This document shows, piece by piece, positions 11,586-22,776 of a DNA stretch of 64,000 nt (positions within the stretch are counted from its first letter, which is position 1; every line of letters begins with the position of its first letter). The translations under genes and the position numbers were made by a program. The stretch covers positions 16,954-80,953 of the forward strand of contig CAWBHS010000050.1 of assembly GCA_963788655.1 (NCBI GenBank), given 5' to 3'. Below the pieces are notes generated by a model. It worked only from the letters and a program-made list of their open reading frames with translations, ran no database searches and was not told where the DNA came from. The DNA is from an uncultured Verrucomicrobiae bacterium (lineage in GTDB: Bacteria > Verrucomicrobiota > Verrucomicrobiia > Limisphaerales > JAFGQR01).

Positions 11586-11662
11586 CCACCATCCGGCATC
11601 CGCCCCTTCTCATTTCCTCCTTTCCTCCGGCGCCCGTTGCTCTATCGTGGGCCAACGCAAAT

Positions 11663-13057
11663 ATGTATTCGAACATTCGTTCCATTCATTTCATCGGAAT
11701 CGGCGGCACGGCAATGGCGTCCGTGGCGGCCGCGTTGCAGGAGAAGGGGGTGGCCGTCACGGGCTCAGACCAGAATGTTTATCCCCCCATGTCGAACTTT
11801 CTGGAGGAACGAAAAATTGCGTTCACGGTGGGTTACGCCGAGCAAAACCTGGCGCACAAGCCCGACCTGATCGTCGTAGGCAACGCCATCTCGCGCGGCA
11901 ACCCGGAAGTCGAAGCGGTGCTGGACCACAAACTGCACTACTGCTCGTTGCCGGAGTTGCTCAAAGAATTCTTCCTGCGCGGAAAGCGGTCGCTGGTGGT
12001 CACCGGCACCCACGGCAAAACCAGCACCACCGCGTTGCTGGCCTGGGTGTTCGAGCACAACCGGCTCAAGCCCAGTTTCCTCATCGGCGGCATGCCGCTC
12101 AATTTTGGCCAGGGCGCCCGCTTTACCAACAGCGAATGGTTCATCATCGAAGGCGACGAATACGACACCGCTTTCTTCGACAAGCGCAGCAAGTTCGTCC
12201 ACTACCTGCCCGAAGTGGCGATCATCAATAACCTCGAGTTCGATCACGCCGACATCTTTGGCAGCCTGGGCGACATCCAGACGTCGTTCAAGCGGTTCAT
12301 CAACCTGGTGCCGCGCAACGGGCAATTGTTCGCCAATGGCGATGATGCCAACCTGGCGCCGTTGTTGGACATCACGCATTGCCCCGTCAAACGTTTCGGT
12401 CTCGGCGAAGCCAACGCGATCCAAGCCTTCAATCTCAAAGCCGGACCGACGGCCACCGAATTCGAGATTCCCAGCTTCAAGTTCCACTTGAACACCGTGG
12501 GCGAGTGCAACGTGCGCAACGCCTTGGCGGTCATCGCCTGCGCCAAACACTGCGGCTTGAAAAACAGCCAGATTCAATCCGCGTTTGATACCTTCAAAGG
12601 CGTCAAGCGGCGCATGGAAATCCGGGGTATCAGCAGCGGGGTGACCGTGGTGGATGACTTTGGTCATCATCCCACGGCCATTCGCGAAACGCTGCGGGCG
12701 TTGCGGCAGCGGTTTGGTGGACAAAAAATCTGGGCGCTGTTCGAGCCGCGCACCAACACCACTCGCCGGAACATCTTTCAAAAGGAACTGGCCAGTGCCT
12801 TTGCCGACGCGGATGCCGTCGTAGTGGCGCAGGTGGCGCGCCTGGAAATGCTGCCGCCGGAGGAGCGCCTCGATCCCGAACAACTCATCGCCGACCTGCG
12901 GCAAGCCGGCAAACAGGCTGATTACTTACCCGATCCCAACACCATCGTTGAGCACGTGGGCAACCACGCGCAGGTGGGCGAAGTGGTTTGCGTCTTCAGC
13001 AACGGTGGCTTCGGCGGCATCCACGGAAAGTTACTGGAACGGCTGAAACGGATTTAA
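11663..13057 (+). CDS. mpl: UDP-N-acetylmuramate:L-alanyl-gamma-D-glutamyl-meso-diaminopimelate ligase (murein peptide ligase)
   Basis: IHFIGIGGTAM, GNAISRGNPE, TGTHGKTST, EGDEYDTAFFDKRSKF, DDFGHHPTAI, FEPRTNT, SNGGFGG. Confidence 0.92.
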   Translation: MYSNIRSIHFIGIGGTAMASVAAALQEKGVAVTGSDQNVYPPMSNFLEERKIAFTVGYAEQNLAHKPDLIVVGNAISRGNPEVEAVLDHKLHYCSLPELLKEFFLRGKRSLVVTGTHGKTSTTALLAWVFEHNRLKPSFLIGGMPLNFGQGARFTNSEWFIIEGDEYDTAFFDKRSKFVHYLPEVAIINNLEFDHADIFGSLGDIQTSFKRFINLVPRNGQLFANGDDANLAPLLDITHCPVKRFGLGEANAIQAFNLKAGPTATEFEIPSFKFHLNTVGECNVRNALAVIACAKHCGLKNSQIQSAFDTFKGVKRRMEIRGISSGVTVVDDFGHHPTAIRETLRALRQRFGGQKIWALFEPRTNTTRRNIFQKELASAFADADAVVVAQVARLEMLPPEERLDPEQLIADLRQAGKQADYLPDPNTIVEHVGNHAQVGEVVCVFSNGGFGGIHGKLLERLKRI

Positions 13058-13114
13058 CTCAATACGCGGCATTCGACTTAGCCAACCCGATGTGCGGTTT
13101 CAATTCGTCAATAC

Positions 13115-13189
13115 GTAGCAGGTCGGATGATGAGTCCGCTCTGATTTCGCGGAAGAGGGAATAAGTGAGCGGATTACGTCCGCTGCTAC
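13115..13189. repeat. Inverted REP pair (GTAGC...GCTAC)
   Basis: gtagcaggtcggatgatgagtccgctc ... gagcggattacgtccgctgctac downstream of mpl. Confidence 0.55.
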
Positions 13190-13353
13190 AAGGTTCCGTC
13201 GGAAAGAGGCGCGACACGGCTTGACTTCGGCCGCTGGTCGGCTAGCGTGCCCAGTGTTGAGGCGGTCAGGATTTGAGGCGTGGTTACGTTCGAGTTTCCG
13301 CCGGGGAAGCGGAACCGCCACGATCCGGTCGCCCATCACAAAATTGAAATGTT

Positions 13354-14052
13354 ATGAACGAATACCAATCCAGCCTGCGGCAAGCGTCGGTGGCCGAACT
13401 TGATGTCAATACCCGAGCCGCCTTCATTTCGCGAACTTACGCCCATTTGTGCGGCGCGATTTTTGGGTTCACGCTCATCGAAGTGTTCTTGTTCCAGACC
13501 GGAATGGCGGAAAAGATTGCGCGGGCCTTGCTGGGCGTTTCCTGGTTGATTGTCCTCGGCGGATTTGTGTTGGTTTCCTGGCTGGCCAGTCGCGCCGCTC
13601 ATCTGTCCGAATCCAAACCCACCCAATACGCGGCTTTGGCCGGGTTCGTGGTGGCCGAAGCGATCATTTTTGTGCCACTGCTCTACATCGCTCAAAACGT
13701 GGCGCCCGGAGTGATTCAAAGTGCGGCGGTTATTACCATTGCCGGCTTTGCGGCGTTGACGGCAATTGTGTTCGTGACGCGCAAGGATTTCTCGTTCCTG
13801 CGGGTCATTTTGGCTTGGGCGGGCATCCTGGCATTGGTGGCCATTGTGGCGGCCGTGCTGTTTGGATTCAACCTGGGCACGTGGTTTTCAGTGGGAATGA
13901 TCGCGCTGGCCGGCGGAGCGATTCTCTACGACACCTCCAACGTGCTGCACCACTATCCGGAAGACCGCTACGTGGCGGCGGCCCTGCAATTGTTCGCTTC
14001 CGTGGCGCTGATGTTCTGGTACGTGTTGCGGTTGTTCCTTGATCGACGGTAG
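13354..14052 (+). CDS. Bax inhibitor-1/YccA family membrane protein
   Basis: About 7 TM segments; RAAFISRTYAHL, TRKDFSFL, ILYDTSNVLHHY, AALQLFASVALMFWYVLR. Confidence 0.9.
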   Translation: MNEYQSSLRQASVAELDVNTRAAFISRTYAHLCGAIFGFTLIEVFLFQTGMAEKIARALLGVSWLIVLGGFVLVSWLASRAAHLSESKPTQYAALAGFVVAEAIIFVPLLYIAQNVAPGVIQSAAVITIAGFAALTAIVFVTRKDFSFLRVILAWAGILALVAIVAAVLFGFNLGTWFSVGMIALAGGAILYDTSNVLHHYPEDRYVAAALQLFASVALMFWYVLRLFLDRR

Positions 14053-14121
14053 GCCGCCCGGTGAACATCGTTGTCCAGCCGCCACGGCCGGCAGATTGCC
14101 GGACGATTCACGAATCTTGAT

Positions 14122-15483
14122 ATGCGTACCTTGATCAAACACGCCCTCACGGCCATCCAACCCAACGAGGCGATCACCATCCAAGGTTGGGTTCGGACGC
14201 GCCGGGATGCGAAAGGGTTTTCGTTTCTCGAACTGAATGATGGTTCTTGCCTGGCATGTCTCCAGGTGATTGCCGACGCGAACATTCCCGGTTACGAGCA
14301 GATGCCGGATATGACCACGGGCGCTTCGGTCATCGTCGAAGGCCGGTTGGTCCCCTCGCAAGGCAGTGGCCAAAAATGGGAAGTGCAGGCCGCGCGCGTG
14401 GAATTGGTGGGACCGGCCGATCCGTCGTATCCGCTCCAGAAGAAAGGGCATTCGCTGGAGTTCCTGCGCACGATTGCGCACTTGCGTCCGCGCTCGAATC
14501 TGTTCGGCGCGATCTTCCGCACCCGCAGCCGGCTGGCTTACGCCGTCCACCAGTTTTTCCAGGAACGCGATTTCGTCTATGTCCACACACCGATCATCAC
14601 CGCCAGCGATTGCGAAGGCGCGGGGGAGATGTTTCGGGTGACGACGCTGAAAGGCAACATTGAGGAGAAGCCGGAGGCGGATTTCTTTGGCAAGCCCACC
14701 TATTTGACCGTCAGCGGCCAATTGGAAGGCGAGGCGTTTGCGTGCGCGTTGTCGAACATCTACACGTTTGGCCCCACCTTCCGCGCCGAGAACTCGAACA
14801 CCGCCCGGCACGCCGCCGAATTCTGGATGATCGAGCCGGAGATGGCATTCTGCGATTTGCAGGGCGACATGGATTTGGGCGAAGAGTTCATCAAAGCCAT
14901 GGCGCGCTTTACCCTGGACCGCTGCGCGGAAGATTTGGGACTGTTTGGTAAATTCGTGGACAAGGGCCTGCACGACCGCTTGCAGTTTGTGGTCGAGCGT
15001 CCCTTTCAACGGGTTTCGTACACCGAGGCGATTGACATCCTGATCCGGTCCGGCCGGAAGTTCGAGTTCCCGGTCGAATACGGGTTGAACCTCCAATCCG
15101 AACACGAGCGGTTTCTCACCGAGGAACACTTCAAATGTCCGGTCTCGGTCTTCAACTATCCGCGCGAGATCAAACCGTTTTACATGCGGTTGAATGACGA
15201 TGAAAAAACCGTGACCGCCATGGACGTGCTGGTGCCGGGAATCGGCGAAGTCATCGGTGGCGCGCAGCGCGAAGAGCGGCTGGACCTCCTCCAGGCGAAC
15301 TTTCGCCAACACAATCTGCGCGAAGAGGACTACGGTTGGTATGCCGACTTGCGCCGCTACGGCACGGTGCCGCACGCCGGTTTTGGCGTGGGCTTCGAAC
15401 GGTTGCTGATGTTCCTGACCGGCGTGGCGAACATCCGCGATGTCATTCCGTTTGCCCGCACGCCGGGGAATGCGGAGTTTTAA
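14122..15483 (+). CDS. asnS: Asparagine--tRNA ligase
   Basis: [64 protein letters not shown]. Confidence 0.97.
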   Translation: MRTLIKHALTAIQPNEAITIQGWVRTRRDAKGFSFLELNDGSCLACLQVIADANIPGYEQMPDMTTGASVIVEGRLVPSQGSGQKWEVQAARVELVGPADPSYPLQKKGHSLEFLRTIAHLRPRSNLFGAIFRTRSRLAYAVHQFFQERDFVYVHTPIITASDCEGAGEMFRVTTLKGNIEEKPEADFFGKPTYLTVSGQLEGEAFACALSNIYTFGPTFRAENSNTARHAAEFWMIEPEMAFCDLQGDMDLGEEFIKAMARFTLDRCAEDLGLFGKFVDKGLHDRLQFVVERPFQRVSYTEAIDILIRSGRKFEFPVEYGLNLQSEHERFLTEEHFKCPVSVFNYPREIKPFYMRLNDDEKTVTAMDVLVPGIGEVIGGAQREERLDLLQANFRQHNLREEDYGWYADLRRYGTVPHAGFGVGFERLLMFLTGVANIRDVIPFARTPGNAEF

Positions 15484-15484
15484 C

Positions 15485-15509
15485 GGGACAGCCGGGATGG
15501 CTATCCTAC
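15485..15509 (-). repeat. GTAG-type REP (possible terminator function)
   Basis: Minus strand GTAGGATAGCCATCCCGGCTGTCCC, right after the asnS stop. Confidence 0.55.
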
Positions 15510-15639
15510 GCGTCGGCGCGCTTCGGAATTACAACAACGGTATGTTGTGCTTGCGGCAGGTGACCCGCAGGTTTTCCGGCTTCAGAGTATCATTGCCTTA
15601 ATTCATGCCGCGCCTAAACTGCGAGCAACACTTGATACG

Positions 15640-17010
15640 ATGAAACACTTACTTCGCCAACTCCTGGTCATCCTGCCGCTGGCCGTTTCCGCCTCTGCGG
15701 CCGACGCCGTCAAACACCCGAATCTTCTCTGGCTCATCTCCGAGGACATGGGGCCGGAAGCGTTGAGCTGCTCCGGCACGCCGCAGGTCTGGACGCCCAT
15801 TCTCGACCAACTTGCGCAGGACGGCGTACGCTTCAGTCGCGCCTACACGACGGCTCCGGTTTGTTCGCCGTCACGCAGCGCGTTCATGACCGGTATGTAC
15901 CAGACCACTATCGGCGCGCATAATCACCGGTCGCACCGCAAGGATGGCTACAAGCTGCCGGAAGGCGTGCGCCTGCTCACGGATCGCTTGCGGGACGCGG
16001 GATATTTCACGGCGAACATCCGGCAGTTGCCGGCCAGTTGCGGCTTCAAAGGCACCGGCAAAACGGATTGGAACTTCACCTACCAGGGCAAGCCGTTTGA
16101 CTCGGCCAAGTGGGCGGACCTTAAAACACACCAACCGTTTTATGCGCAAATCAATTTCCACGAAACGCACCGCAAGTTTAACGCGCCGGCCAAGGCCGAT
16201 CCGGCCAAGGTCGTCATCCCGCCGTATTATCCCGATACGCCGGTGGTGCGGAAGGACTGGGCACAATACCTCGACACCGCCACGGAACTGGACCGCAAGA
16301 TCGGCCGGATTCTCAAGCAACTCGAAACCGACGATTTGGCGGACAACACGGTGGTAGTCTTTTTCGGCGACAACGGCCAGGCGCACGCGCGGGGCAAGCA
16401 GTTCTGTTACGAAGAAGGATTGCACGTGCCGATGATCATCCGTTGGCCGAAGGGCCTGCCGGCGCCGCAACAAATCAAGCCTGGCCGGGTGGACGACCAA
16501 TTCATCGAGGCGATTGATTTTGCTCCGACCATGCTCGCTCTCGCCGGATTACCGAAGCCCGCGGGGATGCAAGGACGAATCTTTCTGGGCGATCATGCCG
16601 AGGCGCCGCGCCAATACGCCTTTGGCGCCCGCGATCGCTGCGACGAAACGGTGATGCGCATCCGCACCGTCCGCGACCCGCGCTACCGTTACATTCGGAA
16701 CTTCACGCCGGAAACGCCATTCCTTGCCACCAATGCCTACAAGGAACGCTCCTATCCCGTCTGGAATTTGCTCAAGGAACTACACGCCCAGGGCAAACTC
16801 ACACCCGCCCAAGAGTTCCTTTGCCAGCCCCGCATGCCCGACGAGGAACTGTATGATCTCCAAACCGATCCCGACGAAATTCACAACCTGGCCACTTCCG
16901 ACCAACCGGAGCACCAGGCCGAACTCAAGAAATTGCGGGCGGTGTTGGAGCAGTGGATTCGCGATACCGACGACCAAGGCCGCATTCCTGAGGCCCAGCC
17001 TGAGAAATAG
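15640..17010 (+). CDS. Secreted formylglycine-dependent sulfatase (N-sulfoglucosamine sulfohydrolase-like)
   Basis: Signal peptide, PNLLWLISED, CSPSR, GDNG, RGKQFCYEEG, RDRCDE, EELYDL. Confidence 0.92.
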   Translation: MKHLLRQLLVILPLAVSASAADAVKHPNLLWLISEDMGPEALSCSGTPQVWTPILDQLAQDGVRFSRAYTTAPVCSPSRSAFMTGMYQTTIGAHNHRSHRKDGYKLPEGVRLLTDRLRDAGYFTANIRQLPASCGFKGTGKTDWNFTYQGKPFDSAKWADLKTHQPFYAQINFHETHRKFNAPAKADPAKVVIPPYYPDTPVVRKDWAQYLDTATELDRKIGRILKQLETDDLADNTVVVFFGDNGQAHARGKQFCYEEGLHVPMIIRWPKGLPAPQQIKPGRVDDQFIEAIDFAPTMLALAGLPKPAGMQGRIFLGDHAEAPRQYAFGARDRCDETVMRIRTVRDPRYRYIRNFTPETPFLATNAYKERSYPVWNLLKELHAQGKLTPAQEFLCQPRMPDEELYDLQTDPDEIHNLATSDQPEHQAELKKLRAVLEQWIRDTDDQGRIPEAQPEK

Positions 17011-17265
17011 ATTGGCCCTCTGTTCGACTGGACACTGGGAATTACTCCTGCGCTCTAATCTGTGGCCGCGGATAGGTGGAGCGAGACTCCGCTGAGACCC
17101 GACTTCTCCGTGTTGCATCTGCCGCCCCGGCTGCGTCCACGCGGAAAGCTGAATTCAGCAATTGGCTTTCTTTCGGTTTTCGGCCTTCGGTCTTCGGTTC
17201 TTTGGAAACGAAGACCTCGGCTTGGCGCTTGAAAAACCACCGGCCGTGCCGTTCAATGCCCGGCC

Positions 17266-18876
17266 ATGGAAACACGCGAAAGCCTTGCGGCCTTGGCGAC
17301 GACGGCCCAGCCCCCGAAGGAAGGCTCCCGACGCCGGCGGCGGTTGCGGGCGCGGGACATTCAACTCTACCGGCTGTGTGAAGATCTCACCAGCGTGTTG
17401 ATTTATTTCATGGTGATCTTCAGTCCGTGGGCATTTGGCACCACGCAAGTCTGGTCGATGTGGGTGATGAATGTCGTCGGTTACGCCACCGGATTCCTCT
17501 TGGCGATTAAATTGGTGATCCGCCGTCTCAAAGGCTATCAACCCGCGCGGTGGGACACGGAGATTCCCGATCGTCGGGCCTTCTTTTTTCAGATCAAGCT
17601 GTTGCGTCCCGCCCAGCTCACCGGGTTGCTGGCGGTGCTCACGGTTGCGGTGCTGGGATATTGTCTGGTCAGCGCCCTGAATGCGCGCTCGACCTATGTG
17701 CGCGACCAGTTCAGTTTTGAATACCACCAGTTCATCTCGTGGCTGCCGCACAGTTTCGATAGTGCCCGGAGCTGGTTCTATTTTTGGAACTATCTCAGCC
17801 TGGCGTGCGGGTTCTGGGCCTTGTGCGATTGGTTGCTGGGCAAGTCGCATCGCGAAGAACGCGCCGAGCACTTGAAGACCCTTCCTCCCGACAAGAAGTC
17901 AGCACCATTGCTGCCGGCGCGCATGCGGACGTTGCTCTGGGTGCTGTGCGTGAACGGTGGTTTGTTGGCGGTGGAAAGCATCGTGCAACGACTGGATAAT
18001 TCGGGCCGGCTGCTGTGGCTGATCCAACCGAAGGTCAATCCCGGCGCGGAAGCCCAATTTGGTCCCTTCGCCTATCGGGGCAACGCTTCGCAATATTTTA
18101 ATCTGCTTTGGCCCGTCTGCCTGGGATTCTGGTGGATGTTGCACCGATCCGGGGGCTTCAAACGCAAAGGGCATCACGTTTTGCTGGTGTGCGGGGCGCT
18201 GATGGCCGCTTGCCCGTTCATCTCGACGAGCCGCGGCGGCGCACTGGTGGCGGCGAGCATCATGCTGCTGGCGGGGCCTTTGCTGTTTGCCTCGCAACTC
18301 TGGCGGGCCGCGCGTCATCCCGAAGGCCGCCGGACTCCGATGTTGACCTCGGTGGTGTTACTGTTCTTTTTTGCCTCGGCCGCCGGCTTGGGCATTTACC
18401 TCGGGTGGCAACGCCTTAAGCCGCGGATGGAACAGATTGACGTGGACTTTCAGGGGCGTGAGAAAATGTATGAGCTGGCTTGGCCCATGGCCCAGGATTA
18501 TCCGGTGTACGGCACCGGACCGGGAACGTTCGAGCCGCTGTTCCAATTCTATCGGCCAACGCTCGACACCTATTGGCCTGCCCAGTTGCACAATGATTAC
18601 CTGGAAACGCTCATTACGTTCGGCGCGGTCGGCTGCGCACTGATTGCGCTGGCGTTGGGAACGGTGCTCGTGCGCTGGTTTACGCCGGGAGGCATCCACG
18701 GTGGACGGCGGTTTGTGATTCTTCTTTGGCTCGCGCTGGGCGGGTGTCTGGTTCATGCGCGATGGGATTTTCCGTTCCAGATCTATTCCATTGTGTTCCT
18801 GTTCCTGGCGCTGTGCGCGTTCCTGTTCAATCTCTCGCGCCACCCTGAGGGACGCAGTCTGGCGCGGACAGCCTAA
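17266..18876 (+). CDS. O-antigen ligase (Wzy_C) family membrane protein
   Basis: Multi-TM; FGPFAYRGN, STSRGG, GTGPGTF, LHNDYLE, HARWDFPFQI. Confidence 0.85.
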   Translation: METRESLAALATTAQPPKEGSRRRRRLRARDIQLYRLCEDLTSVLIYFMVIFSPWAFGTTQVWSMWVMNVVGYATGFLLAIKLVIRRLKGYQPARWDTEIPDRRAFFFQIKLLRPAQLTGLLAVLTVAVLGYCLVSALNARSTYVRDQFSFEYHQFISWLPHSFDSARSWFYFWNYLSLACGFWALCDWLLGKSHREERAEHLKTLPPDKKSAPLLPARMRTLLWVLCVNGGLLAVESIVQRLDNSGRLLWLIQPKVNPGAEAQFGPFAYRGNASQYFNLLWPVCLGFWWMLHRSGGFKRKGHHVLLVCGALMAACPFISTSRGGALVAASIMLLAGPLLFASQLWRAARHPEGRRTPMLTSVVLLFFFASAAGLGIYLGWQRLKPRMEQIDVDFQGREKMYELAWPMAQDYPVYGTGPGTFEPLFQFYRPTLDTYWPAQLHNDYLETLITFGAVGCALIALALGTVLVRWFTPGGIHGGRRFVILLWLALGGCLVHARWDFPFQIYSIVFLFLALCAFLFNLSRHPEGRSLARTA

Positions 18877-18991
18877 ACGGTCCACGCCCGGGTGGTCATG
18901 GTGGGAAACGGCTTTGAAGATGCCCCGAGGCGCGTTAAAGTAGAGAGGTCCAATCAAACGGCTTCCCATCAAGCCGAGTTTCAATCACGAA

Positions 18992-19923
18992 ATGTCAAAT
19001 TTGCGGAACATATTCCTGGGCATGTTCGGCGCGATGGCCGCGGTGGTGGCGGTCGCGGCGGCTCCCGCACCGGACGATGAACCGGTGTTGCAGGGCACCG
19101 GATTGTGCCGGTTCGTCTTAGGACCACTATGTCCTGAGTTCCAGAACGGAAGCGGCCATCAATGCCGTCGTCAAGCGGGCCCTGGAGCAACATCGGGCGG
19201 CGTTCGGGTTTCGCGTCCTTCGAGATTTCCATCCCCGCATCCGCATCTTTGGACGCTACGAGGATTACGAACGGTTTACCCTGGCGCTGGGGCCGCGAAC
19301 TCAGTCTGGCGATTGACGCGGGAGAGCGTCACGAACCTGCACGGTTACTACTTTCACCCAACCCGGGAGGTGATCACCTGGCGGCAAGACCAGGCGGATT
19401 ACCTGGGCAACAATATCCTCCACGAAGTCAGCCACGCGATCATGTTTGCGCATTACGAGCGCGTTCCCACGTGGTTGGCAGAGGGCTGCGCGACCTATTT
19501 CTCCTACCCGCGGAACATGCAGGATTCGCACGACGTGGGGTCGCTCAAATACCGCTGGGCCAGGCTCAATCTCTGGTTGCGCCACGGAAAGCTGCCGGCG
19601 CTCAAAACGTTCGTGGACCTCGACGACACCGCCTGGCACAAGCTGGATACCGATCTGGCCTACGCGGTGAGCTGGTCGTTCTTTCAATATTTGATGAGCA
19701 CCGCGCGCAACAAATGGATGCTACGGGACTTTTTTCAGGAATTGCAGGCCGAACGGGGACCGCAAATGCACTGCGCGGCGCTGCTGGATAAACGATATCC
19801 CGGTGGGCTGAAACGCATCGAACAGGAGTGGCACACCTGGATCGCCCGCGCCGGGCGTCGAAGGTGCTCGGGCCACATTTCGAAGAGATCCTGAAACGAG
19901 TTAAGAAGGATACTGATTCATAG
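18992..19923 (+). CDS. Secreted DUF1570-like zinc metallopeptidase; several frameshifts
   Basis: Signal peptide; LHEVSH...PTWLAEGCATYF; YAVSWSFFQYL. The N-terminal part is scrambled by frameshifts. Confidence 0.65.
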
Positions 19924-19953
19924 AGCGCCTTGTGGCCAGGCCAACCCAACCCC

Positions 19954-20068
19954 GGTAGGGCGAGACTCCGTCGAGCCCTGAATTCTCCGAAGCACCAGCG
20001 GTGATCAAGTGACTGACGAATGGGAAAGCCTGTAGCGTTCGAAGTTCAGGGCTCGACGGAGTCTCCCC
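19954..20068. repeat. Inverted REP pair
   Basis: GGTAGGGCGAGACTCCGTCGAGCCCTGAA ... TTCAGGGCTCGACGGAGTCTC (21-bp perfect inverted repeat). The same 24-mer occurs at 41539. Confidence 0.8.
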
Positions 20069-20164
20069 GCGATGCCAGTACCATGTATCCGACAGCATCA
20101 GGACAGTCAGGCTGACGATCCGGCATACCGGCATCCGGCATCCGAGCATCCTTCCTCCAGCTTC

Positions 20165-21133
20165 CTACGCCATCCACTCACGCTGGCGATTTTGCGTTTC
20201 GCGCACGCAGGTCAGTGCGAGCTTCACGTTTTGTTCGACTTGAAAATCGAACATCCCCACGCAGATGAAGTCCGCGCCGTTCTCGAACGCGTAACGAAAA
20301 CCGGACTCGGGTTGGATGGCTCCGGCGGCCAGCACTTTGAAAGCGATCCAGGGCTTCTCCACCGTCTGCATGAACCGGATGGTATCCTCGGGTTGCATGG
20401 ACCAATAGTTGTCCGCCGCGTTATCCACCACGTTGGCGTGCTGATCCGAGCGGCGCGCAGACCAATACTTGGAGTGGTGGAGCGTCTTCACATAGAACTC
20501 GGCGCCATACTTGTTCTTTTCGGACTGCTGGATGACTTCCAGTTGGTGCGCCCCAATCCCGGCCGGCACGCCCTGCGATTTGATGAACTCGACGCAGTTG
20601 CCCAGCAGGTCCAGTTTGCCTTGCTGTAGCCAGCGATCCGAGATGACCCCCTGGACGTAAACCGCGGAGGCGCCGAAATCGATGGACTGTTTGATGTTCG
20701 TCTTCCAATCGTCCAAGCCTGGATGCCCTTCAGCGATCCACTGGATTTTGCCGCCGCGCTCCTTCCAGTAACGCTCAAAGATGGTCATCGGCTTCTTGCG
20801 CGGATCGGCGAGGATGGTATTGACGCCGTGCTCCTCGAGCAACTGGAGCGTATCGATCACCTTGTCGTCCGAATTGTAAGCGCGCATGAGTGACGCGACA
20901 TAATGCAGGTCACGGGAGTGCGACCATCCGCTGATCAAGTTGCCGCCGGAAATCATCCGACTGACCTTCAGCTTGCCAATCCGGCCCATCGGCAGCGAGG
21001 CCTTGGAGGCAAAAGCTACCTTGGGATTGGCGGACGGGGCAGCGGTTTCAGCCGCCTGCGCAGCGACGCCGGCTCCGGCAGAAGCCAACATGGAGTTCTT
21101 GATAAAACGACGACGGTTCAACTTGGAGTTCAT
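20165..21133 (-). CDS. Tat-exported aldo/keto-reductase-like protein
   Basis: NRRRFIK Tat motif; GKLKVSRMISGGN, KPWIAFKVLAAG, GADFICVGMFDFQ. Confidence 0.7.
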   Translation of the reverse strand: MNSKLNRRRFIKNSMLASAGAGVAAQAAETAAPSANPKVAFASKASLPMGRIGKLKVSRMISGGNLISGWSHSRDLHYVASLMRAYNSDDKVIDTLQLLEEHGVNTILADPRKKPMTIFERYWKERGGKIQWIAEGHPGLDDWKTNIKQSIDFGASAVYVQGVISDRWLQQGKLDLLGNCVEFIKSQGVPAGIGAHQLEVIQQSEKNKYGAEFYVKTLHHSKYWSARRSDQHANVVDNAADNYWSMQPEDTIRFMQTVEKPWIAFKVLAAGAIQPESGFRYAFENGADFICVGMFDFQVEQNVKLALTCVRETQNRQREWMA

Positions 21134-21190
21134 GGTCCGCTTTTAACGCTGCGCACGGGTTTTGTAAAGTTCATTCATGGAGCCAGCGGC

Positions 21191-22510
21191 TTACTGGCTG
21201 GCTTTGCGCAGCTTGAAATGCCGGTCGGCGAAGTTCAGGTATTGCTCCCAGTCGAAAGCCGTAACGTCATGCTTGCCGCTGCGGATGTGATAGCGGATGA
21301 ACGTGCCCACCGGTTGGTTCAGCCCGGGCATGTTCTTGACGCCCAAGCCCGCTTCGCCGAACAAACGATAGACCGGCTCGGCACCCTGCGCGGCCAGGAA
21401 CTCGCCGTGGGGATCGGACCATTGGTCGCCCTCCGCGCTGGCGATATAAACCGGCCGCGGAGCAATCAGCGCAATGAGTTCGTGCTGGTCCACCGGCAGA
21501 TTGGCTTCCCGGCTGTTGTAGTTTTTGAAATTGCCACAGAACCAGTGCGGGAACGACGTATTGATCCGTTCCACCGTTTCGCCGAAAGCCCGGCGGCTCA
21601 AGGCGGCGCCCCCGCAACCGGATTCATTCGAGATCACCATGGCAAACCGTTCGTCCTGCGCTCCCGCCCACAGGGCAGTTTTACCCAGGCGCGAATGGCC
21701 GATGAGCGCCATCCGTTTGCTGTCAATGTCACCGTCGCGTTGCAGGTAATCCATGGCGCGACTCAATCCGTAGGCCCAGGCGCCAATCGCGCCCCAGTCG
21801 TCGTTCTTAAACTTGGTGTCTCCTCCCTTGCCCAAAGTCCCGCGCAGGCCATTCTTCCAACCGGTGGCGTAGTCGGGTTCCAGGTCGCCGTAATACATGG
21901 TCACCAAGCCGTAACCGCGGGCGAGCACCGTCTCCAACTGCCAACGGCTGGCCGCGCTGCCGCGGGAAGCTTCCGTCGCCCGGTTCTTTTCCACGCCCGC
22001 GTTGGGTTTGGGCCGCATCCAGCCCTCGGACAACTTGATGCCGGGATCGGCGCAGATCGTGTGGTTGCCGCCAAAGTTCATGCCGATAAAAGCCGGCACT
22101 GGCCGCGCGGCGCTCTTGGGAAAATAAATGAGCACGTCCATCGTGGGGCCGCCTAGCTTGTCCGTCAGCGCCACGGTGATTTCCTTGCGCACTGCCTTGC
22201 CCCCCAACGCGTCGGCATCTACTGAGGTCACCACGAAGTCCAATTGCTTCGGTCGTTGGGGACTGCGGCCATAGACGTAAGTCTCGAACAATTCCAGGAG
22301 TTCCGGCCGCCGCTTTTTGAGCCACGTTTTCTGATCCTTGACCGGTTGGCCATTCAATCGCACCAGCGGATCCGGCAGCGTGTAGGCAGGCACTTTGGCT
22401 TCGTCGTAATTAGCATTGGCGGCTTGCAGCGATGGCAGCGGACACGTCGCCAGGAGCGCACCGGAAGCGATGATAATTCCGAGACTTCGGCAGAAAGAGG
22501 TCGAGTTCAT
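21191..22510 (-). CDS. Glucuronoyl esterase (CE15) family protein
   Basis: [54 protein letters not shown]. Confidence 0.9.
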   Translation of the reverse strand: MNSTSFCRSLGIIIASGALLATCPLPSLQAANANYDEAKVPAYTLPDPLVRLNGQPVKDQKTWLKKRRPELLELFETYVYGRSPQRPKQLDFVVTSVDADALGGKAVRKEITVALTDKLGGPTMDVLIYFPKSAARPVPAFIGMNFGGNHTICADPGIKLSEGWMRPKPNAGVEKNRATEASRGSAASRWQLETVLARGYGLVTMYYGDLEPDYATGWKNGLRGTLGKGGDTKFKNDDWGAIGAWAYGLSRAMDYLQRDGDIDSKRMALIGHSRLGKTALWAGAQDERFAMVISNESGCGGAALSRRAFGETVERINTSFPHWFCGNFKNYNSREANLPVDQHELIALIAPRPVYIASAEGDQWSDPHGEFLAAQGAEPVYRLFGEAGLGVKNMPGLNQPVGTFIRYHIRSGKHDVTAFDWEQYLNFADRHFKLRKASQ

Positions 22511-22618
22511 GGACGCAAGGCTAAGCAGCGCCGTCCGGAAGTGCAAGCTGTCAAAATCGTGCTGCCGGCATCTTGCCGGCAGTTCGGAACAAAGCGTTCG
22601 AACGAAAACCAAATTGGC

Positions 22619-22760
22619 AATGACCATTGACCAATGACCAAATCCCAGAGAATGACCAAGCCTCAAGTCCCAATGGAATCCGCGGACGAGCCTCCGACGC
22701 GGGATGGTGCTTAGGATTTGGGAATTCCCTGGTGCTTGGTCATTGGAACTTGGTCATTGA
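22619..22760. repeat. Inverted arrays of degenerate heptamer repeats (AATGACC / GGTCATT)
   Basis: aatgaccattgaccaatgaccaaatccc...aatgaccaag faces ...ttggtcattggaacttggtcattg. Confidence 0.65.
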
Positions 22761-22776
22761 AGTTCCTGCCAGTCAT

